A stretch of DNA of 62,894 nt, filler included, from an uncultured Methanosarcinales archaeon (GCA_964472345.1; 21 parts of 21 records of this genome joined end to end with filler, not necessarily neighbours in it), one strand, 5' to 3'. Shown: positions 48,231 to 58,505, numbered from the whole stretch's first letter. The notes: generated from the letters alone by a model not told the origin. A program made the numbers and translations.

Positions 48231-48598
48231 GTTTCTTTTGAGCCCGCTGATAGACGGTCCAGATGGTGCGATCGTCACGGTGGAGGACGACCGCAATCGC
48301 GTGATAACTGAGAGAACATTCTTCCTTGAGATGCACCACAACAGCCTCTAACGCCGATAACGCCGCATCCGCAAGAACAGAAACAGGAATCCGGAATTTC
48401 GGCTCTTCAAAAGAAAAGCGTGCAGCATGCTTCTTCTTCGCTTGGGCATACATATGCCACACATTCCGCTCGTCCCGGCCGATCAGTTCCGCAATAGCCC
48501 GCAGCGAAAGCTGCTTCTCTTCCTTGAGATACTTCACGACACACTCAAGGACAGTTAATGAGCGGGTAAAGATGGCAGAAGGGAACGACGCGCCTTCC
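48217..48598 (-). CDS. Tandem sigma-70 region 4-like HTH protein, partial
   Basis: Two repeats: LSLRAIAELIGRDERNVW and LSYHAIAVVLHRDDRTIWTVY. Confidence 0.8.
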
Positions 48599-48698
48599 NN
48601 NNNNNNNNNNNNNNNNNNNNNNNNNNNNNNNNNNNNNNNNNNTTAATTAATTAANNNNNNNNNNNNNNNNNNNNNNNNNNNNNNNNNNNNNNNNNNNN

Positions 48699-48895
48699 CG
48701 CGGAGCGTTTTGGTGTGCCAAAAAATCCCGCAGATTTTTGAGCACCGTCAGCTGGAGCAGCGCCGGAGCCGCAGGCGGAGGCGCGATTGAGTACGTTCGC
48801 CGTGGTTCGGGAAACGCATGGCGGTGCGGGCTCCGGGCGTGGTTCACTGCGCCATGTGCGTGAGCGAAGGCACTGAGGTACTGAAAGCACCGCAA
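48699..48895. repeat. Multi-hairpin non-coding element; shares CGCGGAGCGTTTTGGTG with 28292-28308
   Basis: AAAAATC/GATTTTT, CGCCGTG/CATGGCG, GGAGCC/GGCTCC stems. Confidence 0.6.
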
Positions 48896-48941
48896 AGATT
48901 AAATATAACCTAGGATATAATTTTAATGAGGGTGATATTAT

Positions 48942-49148
48942 ATGACACTGACGATCCAGCGGGCAAAGAGGGTCGGAGGATCGCTCATGGTCCGCATCCC
49001 GAAGGAGGTTGCCGAGATTGAGGGCGTCCGGCAGGGGGATATGGTGAAGACCGAAATCCAAAAAGTCCGGCGCGACTGGTTCGGGGCATTTCCCGGGCTG
49101 AAGCCGTTCAACAAGCGCGAGGACCGATTCCGCTCGAAATATGAATAA
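48942..49148 (+). CDS. AbrB/MazE-type antitoxin
   Basis: KRVGGSLMVRIPKEVA..EGVRQGD. Confidence 0.88.
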   Translation: MTLTIQRAKRVGGSLMVRIPKEVAEIEGVRQGDMVKTEIQKVRRDWFGAFPGLKPFNKREDRFRSKYE

Positions 49149-49530
49149 GATCATTCTTGACAGCTCCGCGGTGATTGAGTACCTGCGGGGGACTGAGAAA
49201 GGAAAGAAGGTCCAGGACCTGCTGGAAAAGCCGGCAACGGCTGCTGCGCTGACGGGATTGACTGCAACGGAAGTCTTCGTGAAATCACTCCGGGAGGCAC
49301 AGGCCGTGGCGCAGGTGCAGTTGGCATTGCAGTCGCTCGCGGCGGTGCTGCCATTCGATCTTCTGTTAGCCGAAAGCAGCGCACAGGTCTATCTCGATCA
49401 GCGCAAGAGAAAGCCGAAGTTCGGGCTCGCGGATGCCCATGTCGTCGCCGCGGCCAGGCTGCACGGGGCGAAGGTCCTTACGTGCGACAACGATTTTGCC
49501 GGCGTGCCGGAAGCGGTTGTTCTGCGATGA
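49141..49530 (+). CDS. vapC: VapC PIN-domain toxin
   Basis: ILDSSAVIEY, GLADAHVVA, LTCDNDF. Confidence 0.9.
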   Translation: MNKIILDSSAVIEYLRGTEKGKKVQDLLEKPATAAALTGLTATEVFVKSLREAQAVAQVQLALQSLAAVLPFDLLLAESSAQVYLDQRKRKPKFGLADAHVVAAARLHGAKVLTCDNDFAGVPEAVVLR

Positions 49531-49660
49531 GGTGATAGCTCACCTGATGCGGCAGGAAGGGGTTGCCCGGAGAGCGCGCCCTTGCGCCAGGCCCATCCGG
49601 GCGCGGAGTGCGGGCGTCGGGGCCGTGGCGGGCGGGACTTTCACAGATGCTGAGAATGCC

Positions 49661-51121
49661 CTAGCCGATGAACCGCCGCGCCCAGGCTGCTTTGAGGATG
49701 TGCTGGTGCAACGCCGCCTCATCGTTCGCGTGCAGCGCCCGGAGCACTTCGGTCGTCGCCTTCTCGTGCTCCTCATTGATCGTCACGTCAAACTGCTCGA
49801 GCGCCTTGGTGAGCTGCGGGAGCAGTGCGGGGGCAAGCTGCCCGATGTTCCTGCGGTTTGCGTACTGCAGTGCTGACTGCACATCACCCGAGAGATTGCG
49901 GTAGATGGTGCTTTCGAGGAATGCAGTGTCGTTGTCCGTGAGCGCATCCATGCCGAGCAGTTCCGGCGGGATGCCGAGCGAGTAGAGCGCCGCACAGAAA
50001 GTTATGGCGCGCGGCAGCTTCAGCCCGGCGCTGGCGCGTGCGTAGCCGAACAGGCCGATGTGCAGCTTGCGCTGCCGCCGCGCAGGTATGTGCTTCGCCA
50101 TCTTCTGCACCCATGGTGCGATGAGCGGCAGCTGCTTTTCATATGCCCTGGAGAGGCGTTCGCCCATCTCGCTGACGCGCTCTCTCTCCATGGGGATCGC
50201 CTTTCCCCGCGCCGTGCCGTTGATATGGTCGATGGCATCGCGCACCTGGCGGTTGGGGTAGTCGTACTTGAATGCGGACTGTATCGTGAATGTCTGGACG
50301 CTCGGGTAGCCTTTCAGGACGTTGAGGTTGTCCGGCCTGAAGTTGCCGCGGAAAGGAGCGCTTCCCACGCCGATGATGGGGGCGAGATCGATGGAAAGCT
50401 CCCTCTCGAGCTCTTCAAGGTCGGCCATGGCAGCCTTGTTGAGCAGCACGGCCGTCAGCCAGCCGTAATTGAGCGCGGGGTCGCTGCGCGCGAGCCAGAC
50501 GCGCTGCCGCTCGATGCGCTTTCCTTCGATGTAGCCTTTGAGAATTGTTTTGATGTTCTGGAAGCTCGCTTTGTCCTCGATGAGCGGGATGAGGCTGAGC
50601 TGCTCTGGCCGGTACTCGCCGATCCAGTCGCGGACACGCATGCTCCCGAGGCTGGCGTCCTGCTTGCCGACGACGCACGTCGTGTAGTAGTTCCATGTGC
50701 GGTTGAGCTCATCCGCGCTGCTCGTCATGGGCAGGACGACCTCAAAAATCGGGGGGAGGTCATCGCCGTAGAACGCCTTTGCCGCATCAAAGGAGCGCGG
50801 GATGCTCTCGAGCGTCTCGGTGAAGACCTTGGCCTCTGCCTTGTCGATGGTGGGGTTCGGGAGCCGTACCGTCAGGAAGAGGTCTCGCCCGAGGCGGCTG
50901 CTGCGGAAAAACTGGTCATATGTGCTGAGCAGCTTCTTGACCACTGAGGTGTCAACTTCCTTGCCTTCGGCGTCCCAGAGCTGCTCGGTGATGTTGAGAT
51001 GGGAGAAGACGTAGTATGCCTCTTGGACCTCATCGTGATCCTTCATCAGGGAGTTCTCTGCAAAGAACGGGACGGTGACGTTGTCCGGGTGCTGCGTGGA
51101 CATGCATCGCGGGATTTTCAT
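49661..51121 (-). CDS. ppcA: Phosphoenolpyruvate carboxylase, archaeal type
   Basis: IPRCMSTQHPDN, WDAEGK, LARSDPALNYG, GSAPFRG, LPRAITF. Confidence 0.96.
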   Translation of the reverse strand: MKIPRCMSTQHPDNVTVPFFAENSLMKDHDEVQEAYYVFSHLNITEQLWDAEGKEVDTSVVKKLLSTYDQFFRSSRLGRDLFLTVRLPNPTIDKAEAKVFTETLESIPRSFDAAKAFYGDDLPPIFEVVLPMTSSADELNRTWNYYTTCVVGKQDASLGSMRVRDWIGEYRPEQLSLIPLIEDKASFQNIKTILKGYIEGKRIERQRVWLARSDPALNYGWLTAVLLNKAAMADLEELERELSIDLAPIIGVGSAPFRGNFRPDNLNVLKGYPSVQTFTIQSAFKYDYPNRQVRDAIDHINGTARGKAIPMERERVSEMGERLSRAYEKQLPLIAPWVQKMAKHIPARRQRKLHIGLFGYARASAGLKLPRAITFCAALYSLGIPPELLGMDALTDNDTAFLESTIYRNLSGDVQSALQYANRRNIGQLAPALLPQLTKALEQFDVTINEEHEKATTEVLRALHANDEAALHQHILKAAWARRFIG

Positions 51122-51342
51122 CGCNNNNNNNNNNNNNNNNNNNNNNNNNNNNNNNNNNNNNNNNNNNNTTAATTAATTAANNNNNNNNNNNNNNNNNNNN
51201 NNNNNNNNNNNNNNNNNNNNNNNNGGAGCCCCCCACCGGAAAGAGGCTGGCGTTGCGACGCTGAAGGAAATCAAGGAGCTATTCGTGCGGAGGCTGGAAG
51301 GCACCCATAAGCTTTAAAAACTTCTCCTCACCAGAGAGAGGC

Positions 51343-52137
51343 ATGTTTCGGAGACCGGGCCCGCGCGTGAAGTTCAGGGAGCTGCTTGCAGATGGGCTTG
51401 CGCGCGACCGGAAGCTCGGGCTGAACGACATTCCCCGGAAGGTGAACCGGTTCATCGGGGCGGCGCTGGCGTGGGCATTCCTTCAGACGACGATCACGGC
51501 GAACCAGGTGACTCTCCTGATGCTGCTCCTGTATTACGCCGGCCTGATTATCGTTGCGCTCGGAGATTTCCGGACTGCACTCATCGGGTTCGCGCTCGTC
51601 TTCTTCGGCGATACGCTTGACCTTGCAGATGGCATCGTCGGAAGAAGGAACATCGCCGACGGGCTGCGCAAGAACACCAAGGACCGCTTCCGCGTCGTGC
51701 TGCTCGCCGGCTATCATCATGAGGGGACGCCCGGGCTCGTCCTTTTTGCGCTTGCGGTCCACTCCCTCCTGAACGGCGGCGCGACTCCCGTGTTCATCCT
51801 CGGTGCCCTCGCCGCGCTCTTCGAGACCAAGACATTTCACCTCTTCCGGCTGAGGGACTGGATCATCCTGCGCTCCGACCTCACTGAGCAGTACAAGGGT
51901 GTGCGTGAGACCAAGAACATCTTTGCAGAATCAGCCGGGAAGCAGAAGCTGCTGAAGCTCGCGTCCTTCCCGCTCAAGTACCTGATCCTGATAGGGCTTG
52001 CTGCACTCCTCTTCCGCCAGCTTGATGCCGCCCTTGTCTTCTATGGCATCTACGTCCCGCTGCGCTTCCTCGCGTTCTTTGCCTACAACTATCTCCAGTT
52101 CAAGCGCATCGAAGACTCGCGGCCCGACCGCAAATGA
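51343..52137 (+). CDS. CDP-alcohol phosphotransferase family protein
   Basis: ITANQVT, DTLDLADGIVGR (second half of motif divergent). Confidence 0.75.
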   Translation: MFRRPGPRVKFRELLADGLARDRKLGLNDIPRKVNRFIGAALAWAFLQTTITANQVTLLMLLLYYAGLIIVALGDFRTALIGFALVFFGDTLDLADGIVGRRNIADGLRKNTKDRFRVVLLAGYHHEGTPGLVLFALAVHSLLNGGATPVFILGALAALFETKTFHLFRLRDWIILRSDLTEQYKGVRETKNIFAESAGKQKLLKLASFPLKYLILIGLAALLFRQLDAALVFYGIYVPLRFLAFFAYNYLQFKRIEDSRPDRK

Positions 52138-52260
52138 GCGAAGCGCTCTGATCACATTTGCTGCCTTCCCGTACCTTTGTATGCGGCGTTCTTCGGGGGA
52201 GGTTGCAGAGGTGCCTGTCCTGAAGAAATGTTTATATTCTCCTTGCCCAGCGCGGCGCTT

Positions 52261-53604
52261 ATGCTCGACGCGGAACTTTACCATCAGTTCTCTGAACTTC
52301 CTGCCAGGAAAGTCCGTGGCCGGCCGTTCGGCGAGTTCCTTAACATTGATGGCGTGCCGGTGTGCTGGTTCTTTCACACCATCATCACGAGCGGCACGCT
52401 GCCGCCGCTGTTTGTCTCACCCTCCCGCCCGACCGAGCGCGCTCCGCTCCGGCCCCGCGAGCGCGCCCTCCTCCTCCTCCGACCCCCCCCCTTCCCCCTC
52501 GCGCCCCCGCTGAGCGAGGCGATCAAGCGCTCCGTCCGCAGCACCATGCCCCTCCGATCGCGTGCAGGGCGCCGCAATCCCGTCCTTTTCCTCACATTCC
52601 CCCACCATGTCAGCCCTGATGAGCTGTTCCGTATCGGGAGCGTCGTCGATGCGCTCAACCGCGGCGGGCGCGCGTCGCCGCTCGTCGTAGCCGCAAGCCC
52701 GCTGATGAGCCTTTCGTTCCGGCAGCTTGCGCGTCTCCGTGTCCCTTCCATCTATGGCTATCTCACTCCTGAAATCCTTGCCCGCGCGCGCTCTGCTGCT
52801 GCAACGCTCGCTTCCCGGTGGCAGCAGCTCTCCGCTTCAGAGAAAGCCGCGCTTTTCCGGTTTTCGAACAGGCTGTCGTACTGGCCGCGCCTCCGGCACA
52901 CGCTCGACTTCCTCTTTTCCCGGACGTTCCTCACCCTGCTCTGCACCTACTACTTTCTTTTTGATGAGATCATCAGGAATGAACAGGCCAAGGTCGTGGT
53001 TGTCACGTCGGTGAGCGGTTTCCTTGAGAAATGCCTGTTTGCCGCGGCACGCAAGCGCGGCATTCCTGTCGTATGCATCCAGCACGGCGCTGCGGACAAC
53101 TTCGGCTCACGCGATTATTTCCCCGGGAAGACAAAGCTTGCGGTCTTCAGTGCCTATTACCGGAAGATCTGGATCGCCGGCGGGATGAAAAAGAGCGATG
53201 TCGCTGTCACGGGACCAGTCATCTTCGACGGTGTCGAGCGGTTCATTTCGATGAAGAAGCCAGCACTGCCGTTCAAGGATATTGTTATCATCACCCAACC
53301 ATTCGTCCGCGACGGCCTGTTTGACGCACCTGCCTATCTCTCCTCCCTCACCGCTATCCTTGAGCAGCTCCTCCTGCACTATGGCGGCGTGCATGTGACG
53401 CTCAAGCTCCATCCACGGGAGAAAGCCCGCGATTACGCGCCGCTGCAGAAACAATTCCCTTCGCTTATCCTTTCTACTGCGCAGGAGCGGGCTTCCTTTT
53501 ATTCGCTTCTCAAGCGCGCCGATCTTGTCCTGCATTTCGGATCCACGGCAGCGCTGGAGGCGATGGTCATCGGCCGGCCGGTGCTTACGGTCGAGCTGCA
53601 CTCC
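52261..53604 (+). CDS. GT-B fold surface-glycan biosynthesis protein, partial
   Basis: VCIQHG, VTGPVIFD, LKLHPRE, STAALEAMVIGRPV. Confidence 0.75.
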
Positions 53605-53704
53605 NNNNNNNNNNNNNNNNNNNNNNNNNNNNNNNNNNNNNNNNNNNNTTAATTAATTAANNNNNNNNNNNNNNNNNNNNNNNNNNNNNNNNNNNNNNNN
53701 NNNN

Positions 53705-53881
53705 TATGAAGGCCACGGCCTGCGCTGCTTCGATCCGTTTGACGGCCGCCAGCATGCCAGCGGCGGCCGCGTCCTCATCTTCAAGGCGGACTGGGGCTGC
53801 TCGGGCACCCATTATGCGTTTTTCCGTGAGGAGGATGCCGCTGCGGCTCCTTCGGCTTCTGCTGCGTCGGGAGAAGCGTAA
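53705..53881 (+). CDS. aglB: C-terminal end of AglB (continues 58506..60686)
   Basis: First 55 bp identical to 60632-60686; frame YEGHGLRCFDPFDGRQHASGGRVLIFKADW...GEA*. Confidence 0.85.
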   Translation, partial: YEGHGLRCFDPFDGRQHASGGRVLIFKADWGCSGTHYAFFREEDAAAAPSASAASGEA

Positions 53882-53932
53882 CCATGACGACTCCCATTAA
53901 GTTTATATATCTCTCACTGCCGATGAAAAGCC

Positions 53933-54601
53933 ATGACGAACCTTACGAGCCCCTCTCCCTGCCTCATTGTGGTTCCTGCCCGGAATGAGGAGCGGACGAT
54001 CGAAGCAGTGGTCACCCAAGCGCGCTCCTACGGCCGCGTGGTCGTCGTCGATGACGGTTCGGACGACCGCACTGCGGAACTCGCCCGGCGCGCGGAAGCC
54101 ACGGTGCTGCAGCACATCGTCAACCTTGGGAAAGGAGCCGCGCTCAAGACAGGATGTGATTATGCGCTTCGGCTCGGCGCTCCGGCGATTGTCGTGCTCG
54201 ATGCTGATGCGCAGCACAATCCGCGGCTGATTCCACACTTCCTGGAGCTGCTCTCCCGCTGTGATGTCGTCTTCGGCTCCCGCTCATTCACGGCAGCGAT
54301 GCCTGCAGTCTTCCGCTTCGGCAACCGCGTGATCAGCGCTCTTGCGCAGCTGCTCTATGGCGTACGGCTGCATGACACCCAGTGCGGGTATCGCGCTTTC
54401 ACCGCCGCTGCCTACGAAAAAATACGGTGGCAGAGCTGGGATTACAGCGTCGAATCGGAGATGGTTGCACGTGCCGGCCGGCGGAAGCTGCGGTATGCGG
54501 AGCTCCCGATCGAGACCATTTATCAGGATACCTACAAGGGAACAACGGTGCTCGACGGCATCAAGATTGTCATAAAAATGCTGTGGTGGAAGGTGAGCTA
54601 A
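53933..54601 (+). CDS. GT2 glycosyltransferase (Dpm1-like)
   Basis: VPARNEE, VVDDGSDD, NLGKGAAL, LDADAQH, DTQCGYRA. Confidence 0.93.
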   Translation: MTNLTSPSPCLIVVPARNEERTIEAVVTQARSYGRVVVVDDGSDDRTAELARRAEATVLQHIVNLGKGAALKTGCDYALRLGAPAIVVLDADAQHNPRLIPHFLELLSRCDVVFGSRSFTAAMPAVFRFGNRVISALAQLLYGVRLHDTQCGYRAFTAAAYEKIRWQSWDYSVESEMVARAGRRKLRYAELPIETIYQDTYKGTTVLDGIKIVIKMLWWKVS

Positions 54602-54943
54602 ATGGTGCTTGGCGTCCAAATCCTCGGGATCATCTTCGGCGTCGTGCTGCTCTATCTTACCTTTGTGCACTACAAACGCAAGGAATTGCGCAAGCTTGAG
54701 TTCCTGTTCTGGCTCGTCATCTGGGTGCTGTTCCTTGCCCTTGTGCTGTTCCCCAACGTCCTTGACAACGTTGTCGTATCGCTCAACCTGGTGCGGACGA
54801 TGGACCTGTTCACGATCGTCGGCTTCATGTTCCTCATCGCACTGACATTCTACAACTATGTGATGAACCTGCAGCACCGCAGGAAGCTGGAGCACCTGGT
54901 GCGCGCCATTGCGCTCGAGCGGGCTCCGCAAGCCAAAAAATGA
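54602..54943 (+). CDS. DUF2304 membrane protein
   Basis: Three TM helices after a Dpm1-like GT2; ends LEHLVRAIAL. Confidence 0.85.
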   Translation: MVLGVQILGIIFGVVLLYLTFVHYKRKELRKLEFLFWLVIWVLFLALVLFPNVLDNVVVSLNLVRTMDLFTIVGFMFLIALTFYNYVMNLQHRRKLEHLVRAIALERAPQAKK

Positions 54944-56005
54944 ATATCCTATTTGTCCTTGAGAATTACCACCCCCACATCGGCGGCGTGGAGAGCGTCT
55001 TCCAGGGGCTTGCCGAGGGGCTGGCAGCACGCGGGCACCGTGTCACACTTATCACCCGCCGGCTGCCTGCAACTGCAAAGCACGAGATCCTTCACGGGGT
55101 GCGCATCATCCGCGCTGCGAGTTTCGGCAGCAGGCACTGGTTCACCTTTACCGCATTTCCCGCGGCGCTGCGCTGGGCCCGATGGGCTGATGTTGTCCAT
55201 ACCACCACCTACAACGGGGCGCCGCCCGCCTGGCTTGCCGCACGCATTTTCCGGAAGCCGGCCATCATCACTGTCCACGAAGCGCTCGGCCTGCGGTGGG
55301 CGACACTTGCGGACGTTTCACGGCCCGCCGCGTGGCTCTACCGGACATTTGAGCGGATGATCCTGCGGCTCGGGTTTGCGCGGTACGCTGCGGTATCGCG
55401 CTCAACGGCGCGCCAGCTCCTGCAGGCCGTCCGCACGAAGCACCGGCGCTCCGTGCAGGTGGTGTACAACGGTCTTGACTATGGGCTTTGGCGGCGCCAG
55501 CCTGCTGCTGCGGCACGGCTGCGGCGGCGCTTTAGCCTTACGGGCAGGTTTGTCGGCCTGTTTTATGGGCGGCCGGGAGTAAGCAAAGGGCTGGATGTGC
55601 TGCTCCGTGCGCTGCCTCTTGTTGTGCAGGCGATCCCTTCATTCCGTCTGGTTGCGATTGTCAGCGAAGATCGGGCGTACCATGCCCGGGCGCAGCGTTT
55701 GCGCTCGCTTGCCGATCAGCTCGGGATGCGCGATCGTGTACTGTTTCTCTCCCCCCGGCCGCGGCGCGAGCTGCCCGCGTACGTCGCGATGGCCGACTGC
55801 GTCATTGTGCCGAGCCTCAGCGAAGGCTTCGGTTTTGCGGCAGCGGAGGCAAGCGCGGCCGGCGCGGTGGTTGTCGCAAGCGATGTCGATTCAATCCCCG
55901 AGGTGGTGAGCGGCAAGTGGCTCCTGTTTCCGCCCGGCGACGCGCGCGCCCTCGCCGCTGCCGTCGTCCGAGCCTCCCGCGGGAGCTACCGGAAAACACG
56001 CTTCC
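54940..56005 (+). CDS. GT4 glycosyltransferase, 3' partial
   Basis: PHIGGVE, SKGLDVLL, PSLSEGFGFAAAEA. Confidence 0.92.
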
Positions 56006-56105
56006 NNNNNNNNNNNNNNNNNNNNNNNNNNNNNNNNNNNNNNNNNNNNTTAATTAATTAANNNNNNNNNNNNNNNNNNNNNNNNNNNNNNNNNNNNNNN
56101 NNNNN

Positions 56106-56626
56106 TGTCCGAAGATCTGCGCACCGGTCACGTTGATGGTGCTGCCTGTTCCAAACAGCGAACCGTTGCTCCCCTCCTCGCTGTAGTCATGCACCAGCGT
56201 CGAGTTCTCTCCCCTGGCGCTGTTATTGTTGAAGTGGAACAGCAGCATGTTCCCCGTCATGTTGGCATTGTAGCTCGGCCACCGGCTTTCATCAAGTTGG
56301 CCGTCGGGAAGCTCCATCTGGTAGGGTCCGGTCACCCATGAGATGTTGAGCCACTGCGTGACAACGCTGGCATTGAACACCTTGCTGGTGTAGTTGGCAG
56401 AAGCGTAGGTGGTGTTGAGCTGGAACGCATTGCTTGTCGCGTTGAAGTAAGACTGGTTGAAGTTGCCGTCCGCAAAGCCCCCCGAGCCGTTCGTCACGAA
56501 GATGGCTGCTCCCGTGATGCCTCCCGGCTGATTCACAACAACGAGCAGCGATGCAGCAGCAAAGAGGAGCGCGAATCCCACGGCAAGGGCATTCAGCAGG
56601 CTCCGGCGGGGTGAAGCGCTATCCAT
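56106..56626 (-). CDS. Secreted surface protein (LamG-like domain start), partial
   Basis: TM then GITGAAI; NMLLFHFNN...VHDYSEEGSNG. Confidence 0.7.
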
Positions 56627-56879
56627 CGCTCTCACCCATCCCCATGACAACCGTCAGCGGATCCTTCAGCGTGTACCGCCGTTTCCTCGAATCGCCCGGA
56701 TCAAGCGCTACCGCCAGCCAGCCATGCCTTTTCAGCGTTGAAAGAACGACACTCACCAGGCGCTCATTTGCCTCATGGAGAACATCACGGGCGGCATCGT
56801 GCGAGAACTCCTGCTGCCGGAACGCCTTCCAGAGCGCAGCATACCTCACTTGCAGCCACTTGGGTATTGGCTTGCTCAC
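56619..56879 (-). CDS. Winged-HTH (MarR-like) protein
   Basis: VSVVLSTLKRHGWL..DPGDSRKRRYTL. Confidence 0.75.
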   Translation of the reverse strand: MSKPIPKWLQVRYAALWKAFRQQEFSHDAARDVLHEANERLVSVVLSTLKRHGWLAVALDPGDSRKRRYTLKDPLTVVMGMGESDG

Positions 56880-57211
56880 TGCGGTGACACCGAGCCTATA
56901 ATTGGCATACTGATTTATAAAGATATCTATTAGATGAACATTTAAAATAATCAAAAGATATTAATAAAAGTTAATAGATATTAATAATAGTATATAATAT
57001 TTTATAATAGCAAATAGCTAATATAAATAAGCCGACCGAGGCAGATGGTTGCAGCAGAAATTCGCACACACCTCAACATCGGCTTCCAGCGAGAACAGCA
57101 AAACCTGGCAACCTGCCACCACTCAAAATATGTGCTTTGGCAACGCAGAGATGGCGCTGATCGACAGGCCAGTCCGGCGATGACGAACCGGAACCTCAGG
57201 ATGAAGCCCTC

Positions 57212-57468
57212 AGGGCGTCATTGAAAAGCTCGCCAAGGGACCAGTGAGCGCCTTGGGCCATGTACAAAGCCTAGCGGACGCTGCACGTTCTCCGCGCCTC
57301 GGGCTCTGCACGAGGCTCAGGAAAAGCGCACTTTTCCGCATGGCGAACGGAAACTTTTCAATAACCGCAGGTCAACTGATAGCGGTTTTGAGCACAACAA
57401 ACTCTCGGAGTTTGTGTGCCCGCACTCATAGAGCGCTCGGCACACCCATAGTGTTTCAATAACGCCAC
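57212..57468. repeat. Multi-hairpin MITE-like element with 13-bp terminal inverted repeats
   Basis: GGCGTCATTGAAA (57214) / TTTCAATAACGCC (57454); internal hairpins GCCTCG/CGAGGC, GGAAAAG/CTTTTCC, ACAAACTC/GAGTTTGT. Confidence 0.75.
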
Positions 57469-57486
57469 GAAAGCGTTATAAAGTGC

Positions 57487-57789
57487 ATGGCCTTCATCGC
57501 TGCGATGAAAAATGAAAAGCTCAGACCCATCAAGGCCATAATAGCCAAACTGCTCAAATCGAGAGGCATCGCCAGGGCAGGGATTTTCGGCTCCGCTGCG
57601 AGAGGTGAGCAGGGCCATCGAAGCGATATCGATGTGGTGGTTGAATTTAACGGGGGCCTCTTGGAACTCGTAAGGCTGGAAAGAGAACTCCAGGGGCTGT
57701 TAGGCCGCAAGGTCGATCTCGTGACCTATAATGAGATCACTCCATTACTAAAAAAAAGAATATTGGATGAAGAAGTAAGGATACTATGA
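57487..57789 (+). CDS. MNT (MntA-like) antitoxin
   Basis: IFGSAARGEQGHRSDIDVVV, LLGRKVDLVT. Confidence 0.92.
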   Translation: MAFIAAMKNEKLRPIKAIIAKLLKSRGIARAGIFGSAARGEQGHRSDIDVVVEFNGGLLELVRLERELQGLLGRKVDLVTYNEITPLLKKRILDEEVRIL

Positions 57790-58143
57790 TAAAGAACCAT
57801 AAGGTTTTTATCCAACACATTATGAACAGCATCACAGATATCAAATCGTTCACCAAAGGAGTGACGGAGAGTTCATTTTATTCAAATAAGGAAAAACAAA
57901 GCGCGGTCGTGCGGCAGCTGGAGATTATTGGAGAAGCAGTAAAAAAACTTACCGCGCGAATTCACCGGTAAATACCCGGAAATTCCGTGGAAAGACATCG
58001 CGGGAATGAGGGACAAGCTGATGCATCATTATTTTGGAGTCGACAGAAAGGTCGTCTGGAATACGATAAAAAAAGACATACCAATCCTCAAAGAAAAACT
58101 CCTTGCCATCAGGGAACCAGGCAAAACAAACGGCCAACACTAA
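57786..58143 (+). pseudogene. HepT/DUF86 HEPN toxin with +1 frameshift in the A7 run (57941-57947)
   Basis: AVVRQLEIIGEAVK then shifted frame NLPREFTGKYPEIPWKDIAGMRDKLMHHYFGVD. Confidence 0.85.
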
Positions 58144-58270
58144 TGCTGACGCAGCAAGACCCACCGCCCCCAGCTTCTCCGTACCGAGCGCTCTCGTAAT
58201 CTGTTGGAAAAGAAACCGCCGCGGCGAGCGCGCTCACCCGCGGCAATCGGCGGGGCGCTGCTCGAATGAG

Positions 58271-58405
58271 TCACTGCAGCCTTCCGTGGCTCCGCCTGCT
58301 CGGCCGTGACTTCTCGTACCCTTTCCCCTTTCCGGCCAGGCCGCGCACCTTCGTTCCCGCGCTGGTCTTGCCGTGGAAGACGCGCGAGCGCTGCTTCTGC
58401 GCGCA
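58271..58405 (-). CDS. rpl15e: 50S ribosomal protein L15e, 3' end
   Basis: RSRVFHGKTSAGTKVRGLAGKGKGYEKSRPS. Confidence 0.85.
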   Translation of the reverse strand, partial: CAQKQRSRVFHGKTSAGTKVRGLAGKGKGYEKSRPSRRSHGRLQ

Positions 58406-58505
58406 NNNNNNNNNNNNNNNNNNNNNNNNNNNNNNNNNNNNNNNNNNNNTTAATTAATTAANNNNNNNNNNNNNNNNNNNNNNNNNNNNNNNNNNNNNNN
58501 NNNNN

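Noticed and set aside
49535..49660. GC-rich intergenic tract as another element copy or ncRNA
   Set aside because: Only a partial end-like motif and weak stems; no matching partner end.
52465..52512. C/T-rich low-complexity tract inside the glycosyltransferase
   Set aside because: Poly-C runs giving LLLLRPPPFPLAPP look like low-quality base calls; no repeat structure.
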